Notes: generated by a model not told the origin, from the sequence alone. Shown: positions 8,790 through 16,752, counted from the stretch's first letter. The stretch: DNA of 32,000 bases from an uncultured Chloroflexia bacterium (GCA_963718915.1 CAVRAI010000001.1:90001-122000), one strand, 5' to 3'. Numbers and translations are program-made.

Positions 8790-9209
8790 ATGAGCGTACC
8801 GACTCCCTCCGGCGCCGATATCATCCGCCAGTGGCTGCGTATCTCGCCCTTCGTCGGTTATCTCAGCATCGAACTCGTCGTGCTGGAGCCGGGCAAGGCG
8901 ACGCTGCGGCTGCCCTATGACCGGACGATGACGACCATCGGCACGGTGGTACATGGCGGGGCCATCGCCACGCTGATCGATAGCGCTGGTGCGGCGGCTG
9001 CGTGGTCCGACGCCGAGGTTCCAGCGAACGTCCGTGGCACGACGGTCAGCCTCACGGTCTCGTATCTCGCCGCCGCCGACGATGAAGACGTGCTGGCGAC
9101 CGCGCGCGTCCTCAGCCGTGGCCGCAGCCTGGTCTACCTCGACATCGAAGCTACGACCGCATCGGGCAAAGCGGTCGCCAGGGGGCTGGCGACGTATAAG
9201 ATTGGGTGA
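8790..9209 (+). CDS. PaaI/hotdog-fold thioesterase
   Basis: 139 aa with the ..GTVVHGGAIATLIDSAGAAAAW.. signature. AAGGAG lies upstream of the ATG, and the start is 2 nt after the upstream stop. Confidence 0.75.
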   Translation: MSVPTPSGADIIRQWLRISPFVGYLSIELVVLEPGKATLRLPYDRTMTTIGTVVHGGAIATLIDSAGAAAAWSDAEVPANVRGTTVSLTVSYLAAADDEDVLATARVLSRGRSLVYLDIEATTASGKAVARGLATYKIG

Positions 9210-9248
9210 GGCGCGGCAGATCAGGTGATATATATCCCGCCGCGCCTC
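9208..9248. terminator. Stem-loop between convergent genes (possible bidirectional terminator)
   Basis: GAGGCGCGGC (9208-9217) pairs perfectly with GCCGCGCCTC (9239-9248), giving a 10-bp GC stem with a ~21-nt loop. It lies between the 3' ends of 8790..9209(+) and 9256..9795(-). No clear U-tract. Confidence 0.4.
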
Positions 9249-9255
9249 TGAAATC

Positions 9256-9795
9256 TCAGGAGATACTCGCCAGCAGACGCTCAGGTACATCCACGGCCTG
9301 CTCTTTAGCACGCTGGCGCTGGCGGTTGATGAGCAACGCGATCACCGTCAGTTGAACCATCAGGAAGGCCGGAACACCATAGGTGGGGATAAGCCAGCCA
9401 ATCCCCAGATGATACGCTGCAATATTGACCCGCAGCCCCTGCGCGGTTGCATTGATGAAGTCCGCTACCCCTTCCACCGTAAAGAGCCAGATGAGCGCTG
9501 GCGCGGCTCGCCAGCCGGAGCGCACCGCGATGAGCGCTGCGAACGCCAGGACAACGGCGAGCATATCACCCACCGCCTCTGGAATGGTGAATGCGGCGGG
9601 CAGCGTGGCGTCAACAAGGCTAGAAACGAGGTAGATCAGACCCACCGTGCGGAAAGTCTCAAACAGTAGCAGCGGCGTCAATGCCTCGCGCAAAGAGCGT
9701 CCCTTCAGGCGTGGGTAGATCACCCAGCGCGCTATCAGCCCAAACGACAACAGACTCAGCGTGGCCTGCGTCACAAACACCAGGGTTGCGTTCAT
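9256..9795 (-). CDS. Integral membrane protein, unknown function; likely target of the adjacent MarR regulator
   Basis: 179 aa with 5-6 hydrophobic helices. AGGAGA RBS (complement of 9801-9806) lies 5 nt before the ATG. It is co-directional with, and downstream of, the MarR gene. Confidence 0.75.
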   Translation of the reverse strand: MNATLVFVTQATLSLLSFGLIARWVIYPRLKGRSLREALTPLLLFETFRTVGLIYLVSSLVDATLPAAFTIPEAVGDMLAVVLAFAALIAVRSGWRAAPALIWLFTVEGVADFINATAQGLRVNIAAYHLGIGWLIPTYGVPAFLMVQLTVIALLINRQRQRAKEQAVDVPERLLASIS

Positions 9796-9807
9796 GTGAA
9801 TCTCCTA

Positions 9808-9856
9808 TGCACATGATGTGCATCATGTGATGTACATCATGTGATGTGCATCATGC
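9808..9856. promoter_or_regulatory. Array of CATCATGTG/CACATGATG motifs (14-nt tandem unit, about 3.5 copies) just upstream of the membrane-protein start
   Basis: The sequence is tgCACATGATG TGCATCATGTGATG TACATCATGTGATG TGCATCATGc. It lies 13-60 nt upstream of the start codon at 9795 and is largely alternating purine/pyrimidine. Confidence 0.4.
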
Positions 9857-9961
9857 TTTCCACTTTGCGCTCGGTTGCGCGAGCGAGTGCGAACAATGAG
9901 TGCGCTCCGGGAGCGCTGGCAAGGTGGACGCTCGCGTTGATTATTCCGAGCGTCCGACTAG

Positions 9962-9981
9962 AAACGTGTATATACACGTTT
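9962..9981. promoter_or_regulatory. Perfect 20-bp palindrome AAACGTGTATATACACGTTT, candidate MarR operator
   Basis: It is self-complementary over 20 bp and lies between the MarR gene and the downstream membrane-protein gene. The 12-mer GTATATACACGT recurs at 10514-10525, immediately upstream of the MarR start codon. Confidence 0.45.
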
Positions 9982-10033
9982 TGTACGTGTTTCAGATGGC
10001 ATATGCGTTACAACGATCATCAGTTGGTTGCGG

Positions 10034-10507
10034 CTAGCGCTGGGCGAGCGTTACCAGGCGCGCCAGGTCACTGCGCAGGCGCGTCCACTCGTCTGTCCCC
10101 ACGCCACGATCCACCAGGACTGCCTGCGCCGCGCGCCAGATTGGCAACGCATCCCTCAGGGTATCGCTACCCGATGATGTCAGCCGCACAATGCGCGTAC
10201 GACGGTCATCTCCTGGCGCCACCGCAACCCAGCCAGCCGCCTCCATCGGCCGCAGGTCGCGCGCGAGTGTTGTCCTATCCATTACCAACTGCTCAGCCAG
10301 TTCAGTGATGGAAGGCTTTCCCATCGCATCGATGACCATCAGGAGGGTTAACTGCGTGGCGCGCAGTCCACTGGGCCTCAGCATGTCGTCATACAGCCGC
10401 GTAACGGCACGAGCGACCTTGCGAGCGTTGTAACACACGCAGGCCTGCGCTTGCGCCTGCGAACTATCAGGAGCGCTCGGCATGTTCCCTACAGGATGTC
10501 TGTTCAT
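10034..10507 (-). CDS. MarR-family transcriptional regulator
   Basis: A winged-helix region (LRATQLTLLMVIDAMGKPSITELAEQLVMDRTTLARDLRPMEAAGWV...DDRRTRIVRLTSSG) is typical of MarR. The start is uncertain: ATG 10507 has no SD; the alternative is ATG 10483. Confidence 0.85.
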   Translation of the reverse strand: MNRHPVGNMPSAPDSSQAQAQACVCYNARKVARAVTRLYDDMLRPSGLRATQLTLLMVIDAMGKPSITELAEQLVMDRTTLARDLRPMEAAGWVAVAPGDDRRTRIVRLTSSGSDTLRDALPIWRAAQAVLVDRGVGTDEWTRLRSDLARLVTLAQR

Positions 10508-10593
10508 GTTAGGAGTATATACACGTAATTGAGACTCCTGTCAAGAGGGGGAGTAGAAACCTGAGTTTCATGATGAGAGGTGAGGCGCGTAAC

Positions 10594-11184
10594 TCACTGC
10601 GTGGTGTCTCCAGAGAGCTCTTCGGCGAGCAGGATGGCCTCAGCGGTCTCGCGCATAGACTTGCGATGGTTCATCGAGAGTTTGGCTATCCGCCGGAACG
10701 CCTCCTGCTCCGTCAACCCATGTTTTTCGCGTAGCATGCGTGCCGCCCGTTCGACATTTTTGCGCGTCGCCAGCGCATTCTCCAGGTCCGCGACCTGGCT
10801 TTCTAGCGCCAGCCGTTCGCGATAGCGGGCAAGCGCCACTTCGATAGCGGGCCGTAGCTCGCTCGAACGCCACGGCTTGACGAGATACATCACCACGCCA
10901 GCCGCGATGGCGCGCTCGATTAGCTCGTCGGCGTTCATCGCCGTTACCAGCATCACTGGCGCGATACGTTCGCGGGTAAGGATCTCCGCCGCGGTGATGC
11001 CATCCATCTCCGGCATGACGATACACATGATGACGAGGTCGGGCCGCAGCTCGCGGGCCAGCGCCACCGCGCTCGCGCCGTTATCCACATCGCCGACGAC
11101 AGTGTAGCCCTGGGCTATCAACTCTTCTTTGAGGTCCTGGCGGGTGACCGGCTCATCCTCGGCGAGCAGTAGTCGTGTGGGCAT
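10594..11184 (-). CDS. ANTAR-domain response regulator (REC + ANTAR) with Cys in place of the phospho-acceptor Asp
   Basis: The REC domain is LLLAEDEP...DLVIMCIVMPEMDG...LVTA...LVKPW. The ANTAR domain is LATRKNVERAARMLREKHGLTEQEAFRRIAKLSMNHRKSMRETAEAIL. Codon 54 is TGT (complement of 11023-11025), where DxxMP receivers carry Asp. Confidence 0.9.
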   Translation of the reverse strand: MPTRLLLAEDEPVTRQDLKEELIAQGYTVVGDVDNGASAVALARELRPDLVIMCIVMPEMDGITAAEILTRERIAPVMLVTAMNADELIERAIAAGVVMYLVKPWRSSELRPAIEVALARYRERLALESQVADLENALATRKNVERAARMLREKHGLTEQEAFRRIAKLSMNHRKSMRETAEAILLAEELSGDTTQ

Positions 11185-11261
11185 CGGTTTCGCCTCTCGC
11201 CTTCGTTATGGCGCCGGGCTACCCGCTTCGTCAAGCGGCGGGTTCGCTCTCATCGCCGCCT

Positions 11262-11450
11262 TCAGCGATAGGGGCTGGTGAAGTAGAAAACGGTGATGAG
11301 CATAGTGGTGAATGCCGTTAGCGACGCCACGATGAGCAAGAGTTTACGATCTCTCCCCTGCGAACGGAAAGCGCGAACACAGATGATTGTGGCATTGAAG
11401 AGAAATATTGCGACCGCAACGATATAGCTCCAGAAAAAGAACGACCTCAT
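11262..11450 (-). CDS. Small two-helix membrane protein (62 aa)
   Basis: MRSFFFWSYIVAVAIFLFNATIICV...LLLIVASLTAFTTMLITVFYF. GGGAGAAAGG lies upstream of ATG 11450. It sits between two co-directional genes. Short ORF, so modest confidence. Confidence 0.45.
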   Translation of the reverse strand: MRSFFFWSYIVAVAIFLFNATIICVRAFRSQGRDRKLLLIVASLTAFTTMLITVFYFTSPYR

Positions 11451-11506
11451 AGATTGCCTTTCTCCCACTGTCTATGTCAGCCAATCTGCATCATGCGCTG
11501 ATAGCC

Positions 11507-12241
11507 TCAGCGCTGGCAGAGCGGATTGAGTTGGTCATCGTAGCCGTACAGCGCGTCTTTCGGATACGGCAATCTGGTATTCCAATAGAACGAATCCATG
11601 CCAATGAAGTCCCAACAGTCCAGGTGTATAAACGTATCCAAGTATTCTTGATAGCGATTGGGGAAGACTGCTATCGTCGTCACGTACCTGGCGCCGTCGG
11701 TATAGGCGACCTCCAGGTGGACGACAGCCTCGAACTGTTGGAAATGGCCCACGGGGCCAACCAGCACCGAGCGCACCATCACAGCACTCACCGGGCGATG
11801 GACAGCGCAACGACGACCGTATGGTGGCGCGGGCGGTTGCTGATCCTGGTCGGAGAGTATGGGGTCAGTGTTTTCGCCGCCCAGAACATAGCTAGCGAGA
11901 TCCTGGGCGCAGGGGAAGGTTCCCGCCACGCTGCGATAGTCGGCGATGAACTGGAGCACGACCGCCTCAGGACGAGAATCGAGCAGGACGGGACTGGGTG
12001 GCTCCTGCCGTGGCGTATAGCTGAACGTTCTGCCGATGAGACCCCAGACAGGATTGGGAATATCGTGCGACGACTCGTACCGCGCATACGAGACGAACCA
12101 GACCGAGAGCAGCGAGCAGAGAACGAGCACGCATATTGAGGTCGTGAGAAGACTGATGATACAGCCACGCGAAGAGCGTCTCCGCACGGGCGCGAGATAG
12201 GGCGGCGTGCTGGAAACCCCACCGGGAGCCTGCTCGTGCAT
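11507..12241 (-). CDS. Membrane-anchored protein of unknown function (N-terminal TM helix, extracytoplasmic domain)
   Basis: AGAGGA lies 6 nt upstream of ATG 12241. The TM segment is CIISLLTTSICVLVLCSLLSVWFV, and the C-terminal domain has ordinary composition. The overlapping + strand ORF 11474..12139 has no RBS and poorer composition. Confidence 0.65.
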   Translation of the reverse strand: MHEQAPGGVSSTPPYLAPVRRRSSRGCIISLLTTSICVLVLCSLLSVWFVSYARYESSHDIPNPVWGLIGRTFSYTPRQEPPSPVLLDSRPEAVVLQFIADYRSVAGTFPCAQDLASYVLGGENTDPILSDQDQQPPAPPYGRRCAVHRPVSAVMVRSVLVGPVGHFQQFEAVVHLEVAYTDGARYVTTIAVFPNRYQEYLDTFIHLDCWDFIGMDSFYWNTRLPYPKDALYGYDDQLNPLCQR

Positions 12242-12434
12242 GTCAATCCTCTTTCACTGCCCGCTCGCGTCATCAGTATAGCATGTCGGCTAGATTTGTC
12301 CATATCGCCAGCGGTCCCGTGTCTGTACTACGCAATGAATAGCCGTGTTATCTTTGCGAGGCTGGCGTGTGTTAGAGGATATCCACAGGGTGCGACTATC
12401 GAACGTGAAACGTGACACAGGAAGTGGTTAGCGT

Positions 12435-13094
12435 ATGATCTGGACGATTCCCAGCAGGCTCAGATGGGGCGGACGTCCCTTGCCGCCGCCGATGCTCACA
12501 CGCTGGCACGGCGCGCTCACTGGCGCGTCGCCACTCGATGAGACGCCAGCATCGGGCAGCGAGAGTCGGGCTACCCCGACTCAGCAGAGACATGCGGAGG
12601 CGCGCGAAGCGACCTTCGAGCAGTTCTTCCACTCGCACGAGGATACCATCCTCGGCTACCTCTGGCGCATCACTGGCGACGAGCAGGCCAGCCACGACAT
12701 CGCCCAGGAGACGTTTCTGCGCGCCTGGCAGCGTTTCGAGCAGGTCAGCCATTACGAGCAGCCGCGCGCCTGGCTTTTCCGCGTCGCCACCAACCTCGCC
12801 AGCAATCATCGGCGCCATCGCTCGATCCACGACGCAACGATGGCGCGCTTCAGCCCGACGCATCTCACCACGCTGGACCCCGCCACGGGCATCGCCGAGT
12901 CGGCCGTCGTTCGCGCCGCGTTGCTGGCGATGCCCGTCCGGCAGCGGAGCGCGCTGGTGCTGCGCGTCGTCTACGGCCTCTCGATTTCCGAGATTGCCGA
13001 GACGCTGGGAGCCTCGAAGGCAGCCGCCGCGATGACGCTTTCGCGCGCCCGTGAGGCTTTCCGCACGCACTATACGCAGGAGGAGACGCGATGA
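12435..13094 (+). CDS. ECF (group 4) sigma-70 family factor
   Basis: Region 2 is FEQFFHSHEDTILGYLWRITGDEQASHDIAQETFLRAWQRF...AWLFRVATNLASNHRR. Region 4 is MPVRQRSALVLRVVYGLSISEIAETLGASKAAAAMTLSRAR. The start is uncertain: about 60 aa of low-complexity sequence precede region 2. Confidence 0.85.
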   Translation: MIWTIPSRLRWGGRPLPPPMLTRWHGALTGASPLDETPASGSESRATPTQQRHAEAREATFEQFFHSHEDTILGYLWRITGDEQASHDIAQETFLRAWQRFEQVSHYEQPRAWLFRVATNLASNHRRHRSIHDATMARFSPTHLTTLDPATGIAESAVVRAALLAMPVRQRSALVLRVVYGLSISEIAETLGASKAAAAMTLSRAREAFRTHYTQEETR

Positions 13095-14779
13095 CAACCG
13101 CCAACGCCTCATGCCCGCTCGCTATTGCGCCCGCAACCATTGCCGCCTGGCGTGATGGCGCGCTTGCCAGCGATGAGTCGGCGCGGATCGCCGCGCATGT
13201 TTCTGGATGCGAAGCCTGCCGCCGGGAACTCGCGCGCTACGAATCGCTCGACAATGCGCTGCGCCGCCAACCCGTTCCACAGAGCGACGGACGCCTCTGG
13301 CGCGCGGTGCGGGCAGGCATAACCACTACTCACAGGCCGCGCTATACCCGCCGGACGGTGCGTCGTGTGGCGGCTACGACGAGCGCGCTGGCGGCGGTGC
13401 TGCTGCTTGCGCTCGGATTCGCCCAACTCTTCCAGGCGCACGGCAACGTGACTTATCACCCGAGTTCCACCGCGACTGTACAGGGTACGCCAACGCCGCT
13501 TCCGACCGCCGGGCCAGCTTCGCCCGCTGTCCGTGGCGCCCCTTCGCCCACCTGGCAGTCGGCAAACTTCCCCACCAGTGGGATCACCTTCGGCGAGCGA
13601 TCGGACGATATCCTCTCGTTTGGCGTCGCATCCACCAATGGCAACATCGCTTATGCGTGCTACAGCCAGACGTCGAATACCGCGGGCCATGTCAACTCGC
13701 AGATCACCATCTACCGGACATCTGACCGCTCCATCCACTGGACACGCCTCGCGCAGTTCCCCTGGCCCGATGCGCAGACCTCCGACTGTGAAGTTCAAGT
13801 CGATGCGTTGGATTCCAGCCGTGTTCTCGTGAACATCATGGGACAAGACGTAACGACACTCAACGGGGCGCAATGGTACGAATTGACCGAGGACAGTGGC
13901 GCAACCTGGACCAGGCTAGCCTATGACGATGGTCTCTCGTATCTGGCGACAGCCAATGGGCGCACCTATGCGATTCGCTGGCAGGTCGTAGGGACACAGC
14001 AGAATGGCCAACCGAAATACGAGGAACATCTTTCGGTGAGCACGGATCACCTGCGGAGCTGGCGGTCGATTGACGACAATTTGATTGCAGTGGGCCAAAG
14101 CATTACAAGGTTCTGGCTGAACCCAGATGGCAAATTGCTTGTAACGGCGGCGATCATATCAACCACACAAGGAAATGCGGATGGAACGCCAACTGCCCTC
14201 CCTGGGCAGGTGTTGTACAACAGCACGCCGCTCTGGCAGTCGGCTGATGGCGGCGCCCACTGGAATGTCCTGCCACTGCCTATCCTCAGCGACAATTTGA
14301 GCATGAGAGCCTGGACGGTACAGCAGCCCATCGAGCATGGACAAGCGTGGCATATCTGCGTCAATGAGGTCACGAGCGATGGCAAGACGACTCTGGGTAT
14401 AGTCTGTACCTTCGATGGCGGGGCAACCTGGAGCGCGCGTCCCTATCTTTGTACCGATGCGCCCTGCGCTGTGGGCGTTTCCAGCGGGTTTGCTGGATTC
14501 GGCGCGACACCGGCGGCTGATGGATCCCTGTTGTTCATGGCGCCCAACAAAGCCTCGCAACTTGGCCTCTATCGATTGCCCGCGCATTCCACACAGTGGG
14601 AATATCTTGGCCCGGTGAATGGCAGCAACGCCTTCTTCTATGCCCCTACATCCACTGGTGGCGGGGTGATCTGGCTCTATGCGGGCGGCGTTGACGTTGA
14701 GGCCAATCTCAGCGGTATCATCGGTGGGCATCTGGGATCGCTTCCCAATGTGTTGCTCTCCACGGCGACATTCCCCTGA
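13091..14779 (+). CDS. Anti-sigma factor (zf-HC2) with one TM helix and an extracytoplasmic Asp-box (BNR) beta-propeller-like domain
   Basis: Its ATG overlaps the sigma-factor stop (ATGA at 13091-13094). The zf-HC2 motif is HVSGCEACRRELARYESL and the TM segment is VAATTSALAAVLLLALGFAQLF. Five Asp-box-like motifs are present: SDRSIHWT, EDSGATWT, STDHLRSW, SADGGAHW, FDGGATWS. Confidence 0.85.
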   Translation: MTTANASCPLAIAPATIAAWRDGALASDESARIAAHVSGCEACRRELARYESLDNALRRQPVPQSDGRLWRAVRAGITTTHRPRYTRRTVRRVAATTSALAAVLLLALGFAQLFQAHGNVTYHPSSTATVQGTPTPLPTAGPASPAVRGAPSPTWQSANFPTSGITFGERSDDILSFGVASTNGNIAYACYSQTSNTAGHVNSQITIYRTSDRSIHWTRLAQFPWPDAQTSDCEVQVDALDSSRVLVNIMGQDVTTLNGAQWYELTEDSGATWTRLAYDDGLSYLATANGRTYAIRWQVVGTQQNGQPKYEEHLSVSTDHLRSWRSIDDNLIAVGQSITRFWLNPDGKLLVTAAIISTTQGNADGTPTALPGQVLYNSTPLWQSADGGAHWNVLPLPILSDNLSMRAWTVQQPIEHGQAWHICVNEVTSDGKTTLGIVCTFDGGATWSARPYLCTDAPCAVGVSSGFAGFGATPAADGSLLFMAPNKASQLGLYRLPAHSTQWEYLGPVNGSNAFFYAPTSTGGGVIWLYAGGVDVEANLSGIIGGHLGSLPNVLLSTATFP

Positions 14780-14829
14780 CGAGCAGGCTGAGTGAGCCAG
14801 GTCTGATACTATACTGCGCTGTACGCGCG

Positions 14830-14862
14830 GAGGCGCGGCGATGTCCGCGCCTCGTTCTTTGT
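14830..14862 (+). terminator. Intrinsic terminator after the sigma/anti-sigma operon
   Basis: GAGGCGCGG (14830-14838), loop CGATGT, then CCGCGCCTC (14845-14853), followed by GTTCTTTGT. Confidence 0.6.
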
Positions 14863-14917
14863 CAACTGTGATGCGTAGTGGGACAGACAGGGTGTTCACC
14901 GCCGAAGGGAGACACGC

Positions 14918-16525
14918 ATGTACGACTATGTCATCGTAGGAGCAGGATCGGCTGGCTGTGTTCTGGCGAACCGCCTGACCGAAGATCCGCAGACAACTGT
15001 ACTTCTGCTTGAAGCAGGTGTACCAGATGACGCGCAGGAAATCCACATTCCCGTCGCATTCGGCAAGCTGTTCAAGACCCCGCTGGATTGGGCGTATACG
15101 ACTGGCGAGGAGCCTCACCTCGATCAGCGCGAACTCTACTGGCCGCGTGGCAAGATGCTCGGCGGCTCCAGCTCAATGAACGCCATGATCTACATTCGTG
15201 GCAACCGCGCCGACTATGACCGCTGGCGCGACCTCGGCAACGAAGGGTGGGGCTACGACGACGTTTTGCCCTATTTCAGGAAGGCTGAGAACCAGGAGCG
15301 CGGCGCGTCGGAGTATCACGGCGTTGGCGGGCCGCTCAACGTCATGGATCGTCCCTATACGAACCCGCTCTCGCTGGCCTTCATCGAGGCGGGCGCCGAA
15401 CTCGGCTATCCGCGCAACAACGACTTCAACGGCCCCTCGCAGGAGGGATTCGGCAACTATCAGGTGACACAGCGGCAGGGAAGACGGCATAGCGCGTCGG
15501 TGGGCTACCTGCATCCCGCCCTCAGCCGTCCCAACCTGACGGTTCAGACCGAGGCGCTCGCCACCAACATCCTGTTCGAGGGCGCCCGCGCCGTCGGCGT
15601 CGCCTACCTCAAGGATGGCGCGCGGCACGAGGAGCGCGTCAACAGAGAGGTCATCCTCTCCGGCGGGGCCATCAACTCGCCACAGGTGCTGCTGCTGTCG
15701 GGCGTTGGCCCAGCCGACCATCTGCGCGCGATGGGCATTGGCGTGGTGGCGGACGTGCCGGGTGTAGGCCAGCACCTGCAGGACCACCCCGCCGCGATGG
15801 TCTGTTACGCATGCACGCAGCCCATCACCCTCGCCAGCGCAGAGACAGCGGAGAACCTGAACGAATACATAGAACATCAGCGTGGGCCGCTTACCTCAAA
15901 CGTGGGCGAGACAGGCGCATTCCTCAAGATTGCGTCCGACGCGCCCGAGCCGGACCTCCAGTACCACTTCGCGCCTGTGTATTACATCAACCATGGCTTC
16001 ACCGTACCTGAGGGGCATGGGTATACCATTGCCCCCACGCTGGTGCATCCGCAGAGCATTGGTCATCTGGAACTGCGCTCCACCGATCCCACCGCACAGC
16101 CCGCCATCACGGCCAACTACCTGGCCAGCGATGCGGATATGCGCGTGTTTGTCGAGGGCGTGAAACTTGCCCGCCGCCTGGGCCAGAGCCACGCCTTCGA
16201 TGCCTACCGTGGCGAAGAAGCGCTGCCAGGGCCACAGGTTATCAGCGACGAGGAGATCGCCGCCTATATTCGCGCCAACGCGGAGACGCTGTACCATCCG
16301 GTCGGCACGTGCCGAATGGGAAACGATGCGCTGGCGGTCGTCGACGATCAGTTGCGGGTGCGCGGCGTCGAGGGGTTGCGCGTCATCGACGCCGCGATTA
16401 TGCCGACCATCGTCAACGGCAACACCAACGCCCCGACGATCATGATCGCCGAGAAGGCCGCCGATCTGCTGAAAGGCAGCAGTTCAGCGCGGACGGGCGC
16501 GGAGGCGCATGAAACCGTCGGATAA
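14918..16525 (+). CDS. GMC-family FAD oxidoreductase (choline-dehydrogenase-like)
   Basis: The N-terminal Rossmann motif is YDYVIVGAGSAGCVLANRLTED..VLLLEAG. GMC signatures are GGSSSMNAMIYIRG and, at the C-terminus, ..YHPVGTCRMG.....VVD..LRV.G..GLRV.DAS.MP. Confidence 0.9.
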   Translation: MYDYVIVGAGSAGCVLANRLTEDPQTTVLLLEAGVPDDAQEIHIPVAFGKLFKTPLDWAYTTGEEPHLDQRELYWPRGKMLGGSSSMNAMIYIRGNRADYDRWRDLGNEGWGYDDVLPYFRKAENQERGASEYHGVGGPLNVMDRPYTNPLSLAFIEAGAELGYPRNNDFNGPSQEGFGNYQVTQRQGRRHSASVGYLHPALSRPNLTVQTEALATNILFEGARAVGVAYLKDGARHEERVNREVILSGGAINSPQVLLLSGVGPADHLRAMGIGVVADVPGVGQHLQDHPAAMVCYACTQPITLASAETAENLNEYIEHQRGPLTSNVGETGAFLKIASDAPEPDLQYHFAPVYYINHGFTVPEGHGYTIAPTLVHPQSIGHLELRSTDPTAQPAITANYLASDADMRVFVEGVKLARRLGQSHAFDAYRGEEALPGPQVISDEEIAAYIRANAETLYHPVGTCRMGNDALAVVDDQLRVRGVEGLRVIDAAIMPTIVNGNTNAPTIMIAEKAADLLKGSSSARTGAEAHETVG

Positions 16526-16548
16526 GCTCAACAGAGTCCAATGTCAAC

Positions 16549-16701
16549 TGATACCGCTTTCGTTTGGGATGTTGTGGTTTGGCGAGGCATGCCGTAGCCT
16601 GAAGGCCACGGCGAGTTTCGGTATCCCGCGCATCCGCCCATTCGCCGCAGCGTCAATGCTACGGCCAGGAAACGACAGGAACCTCAACGAAATAAGTATG
16701 A
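16549..16701. repeat. MITE-like ~150-bp structured repeat, copy B (same family as 3842..3991)
   Basis: The ends TGATACCGCTTTCGTTTGGG (16549-16568) and CCTCAACGAAATAAGTATGA (16682-16701) are imperfect inverted repeats (14/20 by hand). Internal hairpins at 16591-16612 and 16645-16664 are homologous to those of copy A, with one compensatory pair change. Confidence 0.7.
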
Positions 16702-16702
16702 C

Positions 16703-16740
16703 TCCCCTCTCCCCGTGGGAGAGGGGACGGGGGTGAGGTC
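16703..16740. repeat. REP-like hairpin element (TCCCCTCTCCC-CGT-GGGAGAGGGGA + GGGGGTGAGGTC)
   Basis: An 11-bp stem spans 16703-16713 and 16717-16727. The flanking 12-mer GGGGGTGAGGTC is the reverse complement of GACCTCACCCCC at 19804-19828. It lies between convergent gene ends. Confidence 0.75.
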
Positions 16741-16752
16741 CAGGGGCGAGAT

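Noticed and set aside
9808-9856. Leader-peptide attenuation: minus-strand mini-ORFs MMHIT*, MYIT* within the tandem array
   Set aside because: There are no RBSs for the mini-ORFs and no associated terminator/antiterminator structure. The repeats are more simply explained as protein-binding or slippage-prone repeats.
11474-12139. Plus-strand 221-aa ORF overlapping 11507..12241(-)
   Set aside because: It has no RBS and a composition rich in Arg/His/Glu runs. The minus-strand ORF has an AGAGGA RBS, a clear TM helix, and sits in a co-directional gene string.
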